From the NCBI RefSeq assembly GCF_018350175.1, contig NC_058368.1, positions 99,016,001 through 99,080,000 of the forward strand: DNA of 64,000 bases, read 5' to 3'. This document shows, one piece after another, positions 1 to 13,820 of the stretch (position 1 is the first letter of the stretch; every line of letters starts with the position of its first letter). The notes under the pieces were generated by a model that was given only the letters and a program-made list of their open reading frames with translations, had not been told where the DNA came from and made no database searches. Source of the DNA: Felis catus (lineage: Eukaryota). Position numbers and translations under genes: made by a program.

Positions 1-1274
1 ACAATGTAGCCTATTGGCTTGGCCCTTGGGAATTTAGAGGTCTTGTTTATTTCATTAAATTTCACCATTGTTTGAATTCTAAGTGAAGCCTATACTTGGC
101 AGAGTATGAGTTACTACTCATGCGCTGCTCTGTTTTGAATATAGAATGACTAGAAACCAAGTGGTGAAAATGTTCTTTGTAGCCCCTTAAAACTTTCAGC
201 TTCCATAGTGTGTTCTCCTACATATGCTTTTCCTGAGTGTTTTCCTTTTTGTAAAGTATCAGGCTCTGATTTATGGATACCCACAGATTAAAAACATTCT
301 TCAACTAGAGTCGAGCAGTTTTAAAAATTGCTGACTGTGTCAAATTTGTTTTCCACATTACCAGTGTATACATTTTAAGGAGGCAGTGCTCATCCGTTCT
401 AATAACAAGAGCAAGCGTAAATACTGTAATGCATCAGTTGAGGGCTGTGGATTACTAGGATTGAGTTAGCTGCATGTGGTTCCATGTAATGCTTCTCATA
501 TTTTCATAGTGGTAGGATTATGTTTGGGACAGTTTCTTTCACATGAGATGGGGGAGGAGAAACTTCATTTATGTTAATACAATTTTTTTTTTTTTGGTCA
601 TTAATAAAATCATCTTTTCGCCGTCTTTTATAAAAAACAAATGTTGACCAATTCCTGCCTTGCTCTGAGATTCTACACAGATTTCTTTAATATATCTTGT
701 CATTCGAATCTAGTTCTTCATGTAGGGACCAAAGGCACTAGTAACACAGAACCTGAGGTGAGGAAAATGAATAGGAGAGTGAATAGAAGATTGCCTGATT
801 TTTTGTAAAGTAAATTTAAAAAGATATTTAGAAAGCAGCTGGGATATTCCAGTCCCTGCACTAGAAATTATATATAAAAGAGTGCCTATGACCTCTAGGT
901 GTTCACAGTCTAGCAAGGGCAGATAAGAAAACACATACCTGAGATTATAAAAATATGCCAATAGTGCTGTAGAAGCAGAGAGAGCCAAGAGTGTTGCTTC
1001 ATGGGAAATATAAGGAAACCTTCTCAGAGAAGATGATATCTGGGTTGATAATGTGTTGTAGGAGTTCCGCTAGCTGTCAATGGTGGTGGAAAGGTCTGGT
1101 GATTCTCAAAAGAGGAAATACAGTTTTCTTTTGGGGGATCTCTTTTACCTAGATCAAGGCTTTAACCTGGACAGAACTTGGAGTAAGGCAGAACATTTGG
1201 TGGGAGAATGAAGGCATAGTAGAAGACCAAAGGTGGGATGAGAATCATAGAGTCATTAAGACAATCTGTTTCTT

Positions 1275-1491
1275 GGGGCGCCTGGGTGGGTCATTTGGTT
1301 AAGCTTTGGACTTTGGGTAAGGTCATGATCTCAGGGCTCATGAATTGGAGCCCCACGTCAGGTTCTGTACTGACAGCTCAGAGCTTGGAGCCTGCTTAGA
1401 GTTCTGTGTCTCCCTTTCTCTCTGCCCCTCCCCTGCTCACACTCTGTCTCTCTCTCTCAAAAATAAATAACATTAAAAAGAAAAAAAAAAA
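1275..1491 (+). mobile_element. CAN-SINE (SINEC_Fc-like)
   Basis: ggggcgcctgggtgg head, ggtcatgatctc and gctcagagcttggagcctg core, CT tract, A tail; partial TSD tctgtttc on both sides. Confidence 0.95.
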
Positions 1492-1555
1492 GAGTCTGTT
1501 TCAGAAAACAAACAGTATAGTGTCTAAAGAGAGTCCAAGGGTGCTGCTAAGCAGG

Positions 1556-1591
<36 letters not shown>

Positions 1592-1724
1592 CTATGGGCT
1601 ATAGAAGTATGTGTGGAAGCAAAGTATTTCTGAGATTTGAACTTATTTTTGGTTGGGGGGAATACAAGTGGATTTGGATAATTTCATGCAGAGCATAGGT
1701 GAAATTAAAAATTTGGCAAGCCTT

Positions 1725-1940
1725 GGAGTGCCTGGGTGTCTTAAGTGTCTGACTCTTGATTTTGGCTCATGTCATGATCTCCCTTGTTGTGGGTTCAGGC
1801 CCTGCATTGGGCTTAGAGCAAGAAGCCTGCTTGGGATTCTCTTTCTCTCTGTCTCTCTCTCTGCACCCCTCCCCTGCTTGCATGCATGTGTATGTACATG
1901 CCATCCTGCTCTCTCAAAATAAATATTAAAAAAAAAAAAG
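1725..1940 (+). mobile_element. Older CAN-SINE
   Basis: Degenerate head ggagtgcctgggt, CT tract, A tail; TSD aaaatttggcaag at ~1708-1720 and 1941-1953. Confidence 0.9.
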
Positions 1941-2231
1941 AAAATTTGGCAAGACTAAAATCATAAGGATCATATATATGTCATGCTAAATACCTAGGAT
2001 TGTATCTCCTGTTTAATGGAAAGCTATTGGGCAGATCTCCTTTTTAGGAGAAACCACTCTTTTTACTGTGGAAGGTGATTTGAAGAAGGGTAAGATCAGA
2101 AGCAGGTGGCCTGGTAGGAGGGAGCTACCTTAAAGAAATGAAGAGACACATTCTGGTAAAAGGGCTGCAAAAGAGTTAGGTAGATTCAGGAAATATATCA
2201 AAAATAAAGAAATGAAAACGCATAGAGACTC

Positions 2232-2540
2232 TAGTTGATCCTTGAACAACTTGGGTGTTCTGACGCCCTGCAGAGTCAAAAATCCTCATGTAACTTGACT
2301 CCCCCAAAACTTTATTGCAGGAAGCCTTACTGATAACACAGTATTTTGACACATATTAACACGTTTTGAATGCGATGTGTATTATATACTATATCTTACA
2401 ATAAAACTAGGGAAAATAAAATGTTATTTAAAAATTCACAAGGAAGAGAAAATACATTTACAGTAACTGTACTGTAAAAAAAAAAAAAATCCACGTATAA
2501 GCGAACCTGTGCAGTTCAAACCTGTGTAGTTCAAGAGTTG
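2232..2540 (-). mobile_element. Tigger2a/MER8-like TcMar DNA transposon fossil
   Basis: Ends resemble the Tigger2 TIR cagttgacccttgaacaacacggg: left tagttgatccttgaacaacttggg, right aaaatccacgtataagcgaacctgtgcagttcaaacctgtgtagttcaag. Confidence 0.75.
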
Positions 2541-2643
2541 TGTAATAGATTAGAAATCTGGGTGTGTATAAACACATTTGTTCCTAAGAAAATGATCTCC
2601 TTTTGTTGTGTAATCAGTGTGAGAGACATCAGGCTCACTAAGA

Positions 2644-3090
2644 ATTTAACAATACTGTATTGTATATTTGGAAGTTGCAAAGAGAGTAGATCTTAAAAGT
2701 TCCTATCATGAGAAAAAAAATTGTAACTGTATGGTAATGGATGTTAACTAGATGTATTGTGATTATTTTACAGTATGTATGATTATCAAATCATTCTTTT
2801 GTATACTTGAAACTAATATGATTTGGGGCACCTGGGTGGCTCGGTCGGTTAAGCGTCCGACTTTGGCTCAGGTCATGATCTCACGGTCCGTGAGTTCGAG
2901 CCCCGCGTTGGGCTCTGTGCTGACAGCTCAGAGCCTGGAGCCTGTTTCAGATTCTGTGTCTCCCTCTCTCTCTGCCCCTCCCCTGTTCATGCTCTGTCTC
3001 TCTCTGTCTCAAAAAATAAATAAACGCTAAAAAAAAAAAATTAAAAAAAAAAGAAACTAATATGATTTATATCAATTATATATTAATTTA
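2644..3090 (+). mobile_element. Old L1 (L1MA9-like) 3' end fragment, interrupted by a SINE
   Basis: aatactgtattgtatatttg...gagagtagatcttaaaagttc...gaaactaatatg matches the recalled L1MA 3' UTR. Confidence 0.7.
2825..3052 (+). mobile_element. CAN-SINE (SINEC_Fc), young
   Basis: Near-consensus with CpGs retained; perfect 16-bp TSD gaaactaatatgattt at 2809-2824 and 3053-3068. Confidence 0.97.
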
Positions 3091-3349
3091 AAGACAGAAT
3101 TTGGATTTCAAATGGTAAGAATTTATTCTAAGGCATGAGGACTGATTATAGAAATTCTCTAATCCTTAAATCAGAGGACACAACTCCTATTAAGTTTTAG
3201 TTTTTAGTGGAGACAGCTTAATGTTTGTTGTCCACAAACCAGCCCTTGCCTTTATTTTGACAGATTTGGTTGAATAAAGGTTTTGATATTTGGAAGGACA
3301 GTGTCACAGAAAGTTGGGATGGGTACTGCTTTTGTAGGGTGACCAGCTA

Positions 3350-4250
3350 CATAAAACTCAATGCCTAAAAAAACAAATAATCCAGTTAAAAAATGGGAAG
3401 AAGACATAGACATTTTTCCAAAGAAGACATACAATAACTAACAGAAACATGAAAAATGCTCAACATCACTCATCATCAGGGAAATACAAATCAAAACTAC
3501 ACCAGTCAGAACGGCTAAAATGAACAACACAGGAAACAACAGGTGTTGGTGAGGATGAAGAAAAAGGAGAACTCTCTTATACGCTTGGTGGGAATGCAAA
3601 ATGGTATAGCCACTCTGGAAAACAGAATGGAAGTTCCTGAAAGTTAAAAATGGAACTATCCTACAATCCAGCAATTGTACTACTTAGGTATTTATCCAAA
3701 TACTGATTTGAAGGGATATATGCACCCTAGTGTTTATAGCAGCATTATCAACATGAGCCAAATTATGAAAAGAGCCCAGATGCCCCTCGACTGATGAATG
3801 AATAAGGAAGATGTGGTGTATGTGTGGGTGGGTGGGGGGGAGGGGATGGTAGAATGTTACTCAGCCATTAAAAAGAATGAAATCTTGCCATTTGCAATGA
3901 CATGGATGAAGCTAGAGTGTATTATGCTAAGCGAAGTAAGTCAGCCAGAGAAAGACAAATATACCATATGATTTCACCCATATGTGAAATTTAAGAAACA
4001 GATGATCCTGGGGCAGGGGGAAGAGAGGCAAACCAAAAAACAGACTCTTAACTATAGCGAACAAACTGAGGGTTGCCGGAGGGAAGGTGGGTGGGGAGAT
4101 AGGTTAACTGGGTGATGGGTATTAAGGAGGGCACTTGTGATGAGCCCTGGGTGTTGCATGTAAGTGATGAATCAGTAAATTCTGCACTTGAAACTAATGT
4201 TACTCTCTGTGTTAACAAATGGGAATTTAAATAAAAATGAAAAGAAAATG
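3350..4250 (+). mobile_element. 5'-truncated carnivore L1 (degenerate ORF2 C-terminus plus 3' UTR)
   Basis: ttccaaagaagacatacaa, ggtgggaatgcaaa, aaaagaatgaaatcttgccatttgcaa, G-rich 3' UTR, aataaa and A-rich tail. Confidence 0.92.
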
Positions 4251-4653
4251 ATAAAAAGTTGAAAACAAAGCAACACAAAATAAAGCAATCTGCTTTCTCT
4301 CTGTAATTAGTACTTCTTCTGTCATGCACTATTCACTTTTCCTGTTATGATTGTGTAAAATGGGCCCCACTTTTTTTGTTGAGCGTCATGACAACAAATG
4401 AGATGTCACCCAGATGCTCTGCATCAAAGAAGAGTAGTGGAGCAGTGAATGAACTTTGGGGAATCAGGTGTCATGCCTGGAGGGGAAGAGACTGTTTTCC
4501 AGCCCATCTCTCTGAGAGTGTGTGCAGTACAGCCACAGAGTTCCAGTAGGCCTGAGGGAATTGCAAATAATCCCAGAAGTGAAACTGCTTCAGAAGAGTG
4601 GGAGCAAGTTTGGCAATGTCATTTAAATGATACTTATTTCTAAGTGGATGGCA

Positions 4654-4856
4654 GGGGCACCTCGGTGGCCCAGTCAGTGTCCAACTTAGACTCAGGTCAT
4701 GATCTCATGGTTCCTGAGTTCGAGCCCTGCTCCAGGCTCTATGCTGACAGGTCAGAGCCTGGAGTCTGCTTAGGATTCTGTGTCTCCCTCTCTCTTTGTC
4801 CCTCCCCCACTTGCGTGCTCTCTCTCTCTCTCTTAAAAGTCAATAAACATTAAAAA
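4654..4856 (+). mobile_element. CAN-SINE
   Basis: ggggcacc head, core, CT tract; TSD agtggatggca/agtgatggca. Confidence 0.92.
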
Positions 4857-5200
4857 CATTTTAGTGATGGCAAGTTTGTTCAAGCTTATGGAGAACCATA
4901 GTGCAAGCTGGGTTCAAAATGAAGTGACAGCTTTCTACATCAATATGTAGCTTGTATAAGTGAATGGAGCTCTTTCTGTTCAGCTTGTGCATAAGCCTGT
5001 TCTGAGTGCGGGGATGAAGCAGTTGTGTTAGCACAGCATTTCAAAAAGTAATTGGGATTCAAAACCAGAGAGAGAGGGATTTAAATCCAAAGTGATTATT
5101 TACTGAAAGTAGGATGCTGAGGAACTTACCTTATGGGGATTATGGTATAAGGCTCATGGGACTGCCATAATGATCATAGGAAATATATACAAAGCTTCCA

Positions 5201-5367
5201 GGTCACCTGGGTGGCTCATTCAGTTCAGACTTTCAGTTTTGACTCAGGTCCTGATCTCATGGTCTGTTGGATCCCAGAGTCCAGCTCTGTGCTGACAGAC
5301 CAGAGCCTGCTTGGGATTCGCGCGCTCTCTCTGTCTCTCTCAAATTAAAGAAATAAACTTAAAAAAA
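5201..5367 (+). mobile_element. Older short CAN-SINE
   Basis: cacctgggtggctca head, agagcctgcttgggattc, A tail; TSD tatacaaa(g/a)cttc. Confidence 0.85.
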
Positions 5368-5921
5368 TGTATACAAAACTTCTGATATATTGTCCGGCAC
5401 AAACTACATACTCAATACATGTTAGCTTCTCTGAGTCTTGGAATATATAAATCTATGCTGTTGGTGGTTTCTCATTTTCATCACGAGTCTTCATCATTCC
5501 AGTTACACATTCTCACTCTAGGCTAGTCATAAAGTATAGATAAATAAAACTAGGGATGAAGTTATCCATAATTGCTATCCTAGGTAATAACCACACTTAA
5601 ATCCATTCTTTTTTTTAAACGAGTGTGTGCGTGTGCATGTGTGTGTATGTGCACACATGTAGGCATTACCTGGAAAGGCATATCATATATTAACTATGGA
5701 ATGATAGATCTCTAAAATATAGGGATATTTTCTCGTTTGCCCACAATGCAAAATGCAGTCATCGCTTCTGGTAAAATTACCTTGTAAAATTTGAATTAGT
5801 ATTTAAAAGGACCATACAGAGTATTTTGTTATGTCTCTTAATTATACCTAAACTTAGAACAATCATCTCTACTCTCAGCTTTTTTTAATTGCACTGATTC
5901 ATTAAGGAAAATGAGTCGTTT

Positions 5922-6414
5922 GTTGAGGTAGGCAGAACAGTAGTCCCCAAAGATGTCCATATCCTAATCCCCAGAACCTGTGCATATGTTACTTTATAGG
6001 GAAAAGGAGATTTTGCAGCTGTGATTAAGGACCTCAAGTTGAGAAGTTTCCTTGGTTATCCAGGTGTGTACGATGTAACCACGAGTGTACTTCAAACTGT
6101 GAGACCAGCAAGAGAGGAGATTCAGAGGAAAATGTGATTCAGAAGGGTGGTCAGAGAAACATAGTATTTCTGGCATTGAAGATGGAGCAAAAGGGCCACA
6201 AAACAAGGAATTTGGGGATTTCTGTCAGCGAAAAAAGAGAAGGAAGTGGATTCTCCAGTAGAGCCTCCAGAGTGAATGTACTACCGCCAGTATTTTGACC
6301 ATAGCTCATAGACATTGGACCTCTGACTTAGAGAACCCTAAGGCAGGAAATTTGTATTACTTTAAACCACTAAGTTTTTTGTAAATTGTTACACCATCCA
6401 CAAAAAATTAATAT
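5922..6414 (+). mobile_element. MaLR LTR (MLT1D-like)
   Basis: ccccaaagatgtccatatcctaatccccagaacctgtg start and tttaaaccactaagttt...ttgttaca end are typical of MLT1. Confidence 0.85.
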
Positions 6415-7847
6415 AGATGTCTTGCAGAGCATTTCCATTCTCCTTGTATCTGTTTCATTCTCTGTTACATGAATTAACTTTTCCTGTTTGTTTTTATCAT
6501 AATGTAATTTGGCTCTACAGTCTTGATTACATTTAGATTAGACGTTTCTTTTTCTGGCAAAATACTTGATAGGTGGTATTTTAATCTTTACATTGCATGG
6601 AGTCCTGAGACATGCGTGCGATGTCTGCTTATCGTATACTTAGAAAGTCTACGACTAATCATTGGGTTCAGCTCGTGGCATCCTGAACCCTCTTTTGTAA
6701 CTATCCTAACATTTCATCTAATGGTTTAATATATCTATAAATACTGTCTGAGCTGCTGATTTCACTGCATTTATAACATAATGGTTTTTTTAAACTTGAT
6801 CAGTGCACATTAGTTGGAATTTACCTCTCGAAAATAATTTTTTTCTTTCTTAAAAACTGAGTTGGTTGGGTTACACTGAAATTATTTGTACAAAAAGTCA
6901 GGATAAATGTCTAATTATTTCCTTTCAAATAATTTTCAGGACAAGTAGTTGATGCTAAGTTTCCTCTGACTTCATAAAATTAGTTGATTTTGGATTTACT
7001 TTTCTTTTTCCTGGATTAAAATATCAGAAGGAACTCAAAAGTTTTTGATACTAGTGTGTTTGACCCTGTACTTACATAGTATTTACATATAGTTATGTAT
7101 TTATATATATATTTACAGATATTTATGATTATATGTATGATTAATTGTGTATTCAAATTGTTTCATTTTGTCCCGTTCAAACTGGCTCTATGCTATTTTG
7201 TTAAAACCTAAATTCAAGGATGGCTTCCGTTTGCCATTGAGATATCACAGTTTCACCTTGTGTATTTCCTACCTCCAGCTCTGTTAATCACTCATTTCTC
7301 TAATCAAGTATATTGGCATATATATTGCAGGTGATCCCATTGAATAAATTTTTATTAACCATTACTCAACCAGTTCCCTACAGTTGGACTCTTAGGTTAA
7401 TTTCATGTCTTGTGTAGCTGTGCTATCTGAAACACAAGTAAATACATTTAACTTCATATAACTTGTCATTATATTTTAGCCATTTTTCAGAGATGTAGAA
7501 TCTAGGAATCAAATGGCTATAATCGTAGAACATCACACATTTTTGAGATAAATTTTATGCAGTAGGTATTATGTCAGGTATTATAGAAATAAAAATGTAA
7601 AGCAGGACACCTGTTTTTAAAAATCAAACATTGTTATTTGAATGATAAAAATACTACATAACTATGGAGGTTAAGCAGTAAATATGTTCATAAAGACATT
7701 TTGTTCATTTCAAGGCATCTTGACTGCCCTTTAAAAAAAACACTAGGATTCTCCACATTGCCACATACTGAAATTCAGGAATTTGTGGTTAGCAGAATAT
7801 TCATTATAGAAGTTCTGGCAGTTAATAAAATGAATTGGGGAAAACCT

Positions 7848-8354
7848 TGTTGAAGAAAAATTTTTCAGACAAGTTCAACAGGCAAGGAAGGCTTTGCTGA
7901 AAACTAATGAAATAGAGGAAAGAGAGTTTAAAGGGCTGGCGCCAGGTGGGGATATCACAGGCTACTTTTGTTTGCTAATGAGCCTTGACCATGTGGAAAG
8001 GGTATCTTCCGGCTGGTACCTTCATTATAGCAATTCTGCTTTGCAGTAGGATACCCACTGAAGTTAGTCTCTTATCTTTCCAGAAAGACTTATAGATGGG
8101 GGTATTATCTTCCTGGATGATTACATTTCAAAAAGATGGGTTCCAGATATTTGAGGAAGATTTTTCCTGAGTCTTAAAGCTGGCAAGAGACTTTTAAAGG
8201 AGATGCACATATATGTAAAAGTGGGCAAAACAGAGTTTGCAGTCAATCTTCTAGAGTAAACACTCTAAGAAAAGGGAGGTCAAGGGGCCTGAAGTCAGGA
8301 AGAAAGGCGTCTAAAATTTAGTCAAAGTAAGAAGAGCAGTAGGCCATCTTGGTA
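7848..8354 (-). mobile_element. ERV1 LTR (MER67-like)
   Basis: Reverse complement begins accaagatggcc...ttgactaaattttagac...ttcttcctgact...ggccccttgacctcccttttc, as recalled for MER67-family LTRs. Confidence 0.55.
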
Positions 8355-9765
8355 TTTCATAATAAAAAAAAAATTGTGCAGTTATTTACTGATGAATTGA
8401 ATTATTATAAAGTGTATCTAAATTGCAGTCATTTTTTCTGTTATAATCTTTGTTGATAAGTCTTTCCTCATAATCTGATGTGGTTAATGTCGCAGGAAAC
8501 AAAGAAAAGACAATGTAAACTAATTGCCAATTAAAAAATTTTAGAAAGTTAATAAAAGGGGTATTAAGTATAAATTACAAACAAAGCCACTGATAAAATT
8601 ATAGCAGAGATGGGACAGTTGACATTTAAAAAAGATAATCTGCAAGAGTATTCACATAATTGAGTTTCAGCAGAGAATGATTTGAAAGTCAGTGGATAAA
8701 AGAATTGTTGGAAATTTTGTAAAAGTGAATAACAAAAAGATGAGGATAAAGTCATATGCAAAATGATGACTGCTACCCTATCATAGCTTTCCTCAGCAAA
8801 ATACATACTGGATGTAAACACTGAAACCATAATTATAAAAAATGATCAGGATAGAGTAAGCACATATTCATAATTTTTGTTTGTGAAGGTAACATCCTCA
8901 TCACTTTTCTGTTCACTATGTAACCATTTTTCCTCTATTTAATATGGATTAATTCGTATCTATATCAGTCATTCACAGATAATAGAACACTTTCACTTTC
9001 CAAATAGAGCAATTTTTTAAATACTAAAATTTTGATAACAGATATTTGATAATGGGTGAAAGAGAAGGCTAGACTACTTTATTTAGAAATTAAAATAGAG
9101 CTATGTTTTCCATTTAGTAATTAAAAACTGCACAAAACAGTACTATACATTGCTGTAAGTACATTCACGGAAGGATATTCCGAACTTCAGGGTGGCAATT
9201 TGGTGGGAGAGGACTGAGGTGGAGGAAGTAAAAGGTACATATATTTAACAAGTGAAAAATACCTAACATCTTATTTTTTTAAAAACAAATTACATATGGC
9301 AAAAAGTTAACCCCTGTTAAATCTGAGTGGTGCTTAAATGAATAGTTACTGGGTTGTAAGTATAATACTATTAGGTTGCATGCCTTTTTTTTTTTTTTTA
9401 TTTTTAAAAGAAGAAAAAACCCAAATTTATCTTGCCTTTTTTTCCTTACTAGAAGATAATCTTTTAGGGAGAAAAATGCTTTACTCATTTTTGTTATGCT
9501 CCCCCTATTGAAACCAGAGATTTGCAAATAAAAGCTTCTGTAATTTCTTTTTACATTGCATTGGAAGGTCCTTAAATTGTGAATTTAGCAATTACAATAA
9601 TGTAAGTGACTTGGGCATTAAGGACACCTTTTAATATTTCTCTAATGTATGAACCTAGTCATTGGTAAATTAAACTGTGCTGACTAAATGTAGAACAGTA
9701 ATGGTGATTTTATTGTGCAGGCGATTGAATTTTGCCTCCTTTAATAAAAAAATGCTAGTGCTTTT

Positions 9766-9860
9766 GTCTCTCTCTCTCTCTCCCCCTCTTCCTCTCCTTC
9801 CTTCCTTCCCTCCCTTCCTCCCTCACTCCCTCCCTCCCTCCTTCTGGCTCTCCCTCTCTC
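9766..9860. repeat. CT-rich simple repeat
   Basis: (TC)n/(TCCC)n pyrimidine tract. Confidence 0.9.
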
Positions 9861-10600
9861 TAAGACTTCACTGGTACAAACTGAACAAAATTACTCTGGC
9901 ATTAAGTAAATGGCAGTAGTATATTTATCAAAACAAGAAAAGGAAGAGTTTAATCTTTAAAAAATGATAGGGAAAAGTACTTTCAATTCAAATGGCTTTG
10001 AATGGATTCTCTCCATCCACATGTCTCTCTAAGGCACACATTTTACTCTGAAGTGAAATGAAGCTTTCACAAAGGTCTCAGCACCCACACTCAGTGTCCT
10101 GGGGGTTTAGAGACAGCTTTTACCATGACACAATAGTTGAAACTTCAATTCTCTTCAGTATTTTCCAGTGGGTTAACATAGAAATCTGGATTTATTTTAG
10201 TATAGAAGTTTTATTCTCATATCTGTCTCTTTGTATAGTTAAAATCCACATAGTAAACTGTACCTCTGTCTGAAATGTTATTACAATGTTTTGACTTAAA
10301 GACATTTAAATAATTTAAGACAAGATTTTGATTTAAAGAAATTTTGATTTATTGCTTTTGTCTTAAGGAAATTCATTCTTGAGAAACTTGTTTATGAAAA
10401 ATTGAGTAAGTCCATAATAACAAAAGGCAGCTGGAATCTTTGGATTCAAAATTATAAAAGTTTTAAATAAGTGGAGGTAATTTTAAACTGTTTTTTAAAT
10501 AAATAGTTTCGAGTAAGTTAATGATCCTGTAGTAAAGTCCAGAACATTTTTTCAAGTAGTAGGAAACACGGTCATAAATACACATATAGCTGTATACATA

Positions 10601-10603
<3 letters not shown>

Positions 10604-10653
<50 letters not shown>
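10604..10653. repeat. (GT)25 microsatellite
   Basis: Perfect dinucleotide run. Confidence 0.98.
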
Positions 10654-10654
<1 letters not shown>

Positions 10655-11645
10655 TATGACTGTTTTCAGGTTGTCCTTTGATAGAATATGGAGACTAGAA
10701 TGGAGAATGCAGGTTATTAGACATGGTATTTCACTGTGCTCAGCTTAGATGAGGCTTCATGATTTCTCCTACATTAAGCCATGTGATAAAACAGGGAACT
10801 TTCATGTGTTTTTTAAACATATGTTGTAATGAAACTTTCTTAGCCCCAAAGATGTTTGTTGAGAGATTTGTTGAATGTCTTACTAACTATGACCTTACTT
10901 ATTTTATAATGAAAGCTAACTTAAAAGCAGGGGTGAATCTATTCAAATTATCTTTGAAGGTGAGTTATTAAACAAAATGCATTTTTACTGTCTTAACAGC
11001 TGATCATAGTTTGAACTGTTTATGATACATAAAATGAGTCCAGGTGTTTAACTGTACAACCGGGGATTCTCTAAGTTTACCTGCATGTAGGACACAGTGT
11101 TTATTAAAGGCTAAATAATATGTGCAGTTTTGAAGCTTAGGCTTCCATTATTAAAACTAAACAGTATTCTCAACAATCATTTAGGATGTTGACGAATAAG
11201 ATTATGTCAGGGAGACGTATTTTAGCATGGTAATTATTTAGAGTTAATGGTGCGTGGGGATAATTAGAAACAGACCAAATTGTAGTCAGTTTTATTATTG
11301 GTCTTAATTTCTGTTCAGACAGTGCATCCTCTTTTTGCCTGCCCTGACCACCTTGTCCTTGTACACAATTGCTTTAGGCACCAAGCAGTGCTGTAAGTCA
11401 ATAGATCTCAGGTCTAGCTCCATATCTACAAGGAGATTGGTCTATGATGTTGTGTCCCATCAGTTAAACATCTAAGTTTCAATTCTACCATCTATAAGAG
11501 AAAGACTGTCCAATTACATAGTTCCTGAAATTCAATCTGTGAATTAAAGCTACTTAGGATTTAGTGATAAGAATTGTCTGAGTGTATGTAGCCCATAAGC
11601 AGAGCTTATGGAGCAGATGTGGGAAATATAACACATGTAAGTTCT

Positions 11646-11850
11646 TTTTTCTTCTTTTTAAATGTTTATCTCTTTTAGGAGAGACAGAATGAGTGAGTAC
11701 GTGTGTGAGCGGGGTAGGGGAAGAAACAAAGAGGGAGAGAGAGAATCAGCACAGAGCTCCATGCGGGGCTCAGTCCCACAAGTTGTGAGACCATGACCTG
11801 AGCAAAATCCAGAGTTGGGCGCTTAACTGACTGAGCCACCCAGGGACTCC
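11646..11850 (-). mobile_element. CAN-SINE
   Basis: T tract, GA tract, ...ttaactgactgagccacccagg end; degenerate TSD acacat(g/c)t(a/g)agttct. Confidence 0.92.
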
Positions 11851-12244
11851 AAACACATCTGAGTTCTAACTGCTGCACTGTCTCTCAACCTTAAGTGTGT
11901 CCCTACCTGGGATTTTTTTCTTGTATAAGCCTTGTTTAATTCTGTACCTTATTTCTAAATTCCTGAAAATATTAATCATACTGCTTATTGTATACAGGTA
12001 CATTGATTTGCTCAGTTGTGTTGGAGATAATAAAGAATGGGAATATTGTGGTAACTAGAGTAGATGAAGGAAGTGAGGTTCAAAGACCTTATAGATCACG
12101 TGTGCTTCATAATTGGGTAATCTACACTTGTTATATATAGTTAGATGTCACTGGAATTTACATCTTGTGCCTTTGGGCTCATTTGATGCAGAACTGTGTT
12201 AAAAATCTTTTTTTTTTTTTCCACATGATTTTTAAGGATTGTTT

Positions 12245-12440
12245 GTGTCTTAGTCACACAACCCTAGCAGTTTTGAGCTGCTGTAACAAAAATACCAGAG
12301 ATCATTTAATACCAGTGTCAAACAACGGATGTTTATGTCTCACAGTTCTGGAGGCTTGAAGTCTGTGATGAAGGTGCCCAATGGAAGGGTATTAGGGGTT
12401 CAACATGAGAATTTCTTGGGGACACAAGCATGTATTTCAG
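12245..12440 (-). mobile_element. Internally deleted MLT1A-like LTR
   Basis: gctgctgtaacaaaaatacc, ctcacagttctggaggct, then jumps to ggttcaacatgagaatttcttggggacaca. Confidence 0.65.
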
Positions 12441-12679
12441 AGCAAGTTGTAATTCACTTCATATTCTTTTCCTAAGCTTGCTTAAGTATGACCTCTCTCT
12501 AAGGCTTCAGCCCAAACTTAACTCCCAAACCACCTTTATGATTCAATAATTCCCATTATCACTAGAGATGAGGCTAGCCAGTCCCCTTTCTCCAAATCTT
12601 CCCCCACATCCTATTCTCTAGTCATATTTACTGAAGTCCTGGCTGTGTGGATTCTCTTGGTCTTACCCATCTCACGTTA

Positions 12680-13225
12680 CCCTAACAAAATACCACAGAC
12701 TCTGTTGTTTAAACAACAGAAAATTATTTTCTTACAGTTCTGGATGCTGGAAGTCTGAGGTCAAGGTGTGGACACATTTGGTTTCTCCTGAGTCCTCTCT
12801 TGGCTTGCAGGTGACTGCTTTCTTGCTGTGTCCTCACATAGTCTTTTCTTTTTGCACACGCCCCTGGTGTCTTGTCATCTTATAAAGACACCAGTTCTCG
12901 GGTGCCTGGGTGGCTCAGTCCATTGAGTGTCTGACTTTGACTCAGGTCACGATGTCATGGTTGGTGAGTTAAGAGTCTAGCAATGGGCTCAACACTGACA
13001 GCACAGGGTCTGCTTGAGATTCTCTCTTTCTCTTCTCTCTCTGCCCCTTACCCATCCATGCTTTCTCTTTCTAAAAATAAATAAGTAAACTTGGAAAAAA
13101 AAATAACAGTCCTGACAGATTAGGCCCCCACCCTCTGACTTCACTTAATTCAAATGACCTCCTTAAAGGGCTTTTTCTTCAAATAAAGTCACATTTAGGG
13201 TTAGAACTTCACCCTTTGAGTTTTG
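12680..13225 (-). mobile_element. MLT1A-like LTR interrupted by a SINE
   Basis: aacaaaataccacagact...acagttctggatgctggaagtctgaggtcaagg...gattaggcccccaccct. Confidence 0.8.
12899..13103 (+). mobile_element. CAN-SINE inserted in MLT1A
   Basis: gggtgcctgggtggctcag head, CT tract, A tail. Confidence 0.92.
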
Positions 13226-13317
13226 GAGGATTGGATTTCCTTCATGAGCTTCTTTAAGCTGCTCCATGGAACTTGTTTTTTCTTTAACCTACAATGTTAG
13301 TTGTATTCAGAATTACT

Positions 13318-13499
13318 TTTTAAGTCTGTTTATTTATTTTGAGAGAGAGAGAGAAAGAGCGAGCCAGTAGGGAACCCCAAGCAAGCTCCTCAGTGTCAGC
13401 ACAGAGCCCAACTTGGGGCTCGAACTCAGGAGCCTTGAGATGAACTGAGCCGAAGTCAAGAGTCAGACACTTAACTGACTGAGCCACCCAGGTGCCTCC
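13318..13499 (-). mobile_element. CAN-SINE
   Basis: tttatttattttgagagag...gagccacccaggtgcc. Confidence 0.92.
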
Positions 13500-13764
13500 A
13501 GAAATATTCTTTACCTCAACAACTCCCTACTCCCGTCTACCAAAAGTGTAGAAGCTACTAATCCTGTATATTCTGTCTCTTCCTTTATCTCTCTTACTGA
13601 TATTTGGCTTTTTCTTTTCTTTATAATTGACTGGACTGTGAGCTCCTAAAAAGCTCAGAGTGTGTAATTTTCAAATATAAAACTCTAGGAGAGTGAATGT
13701 ATGTAGATGTATTATACAGTCCATAAAAGTTTTTCTAATTAATTAATGGTTTTATTTCCTTTGA

Positions 13765-13820
13765 AGTTTTTTGTTTGTTTGTTTGTTTGTTTTGTTGTTT
13801 TGTTTTGTTTTGTTTTGTTT
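13765..13820. repeat. (GTTT)n/(GTTTT)n simple repeat
   Basis: Seen directly in sequence. Confidence 0.9.

Noticed and set aside
2825..2905. tRNA-like A/B boxes
   Set aside because: tRNA-derived SINE heads, not tRNA genes
2752..3030. Recurring peptide WGTWVAQSVKRPTxAQVMIS (also near 31 kb, 34 kb and 48 kb)
   Set aside because: CAN-SINE sequence translated; not a gene family
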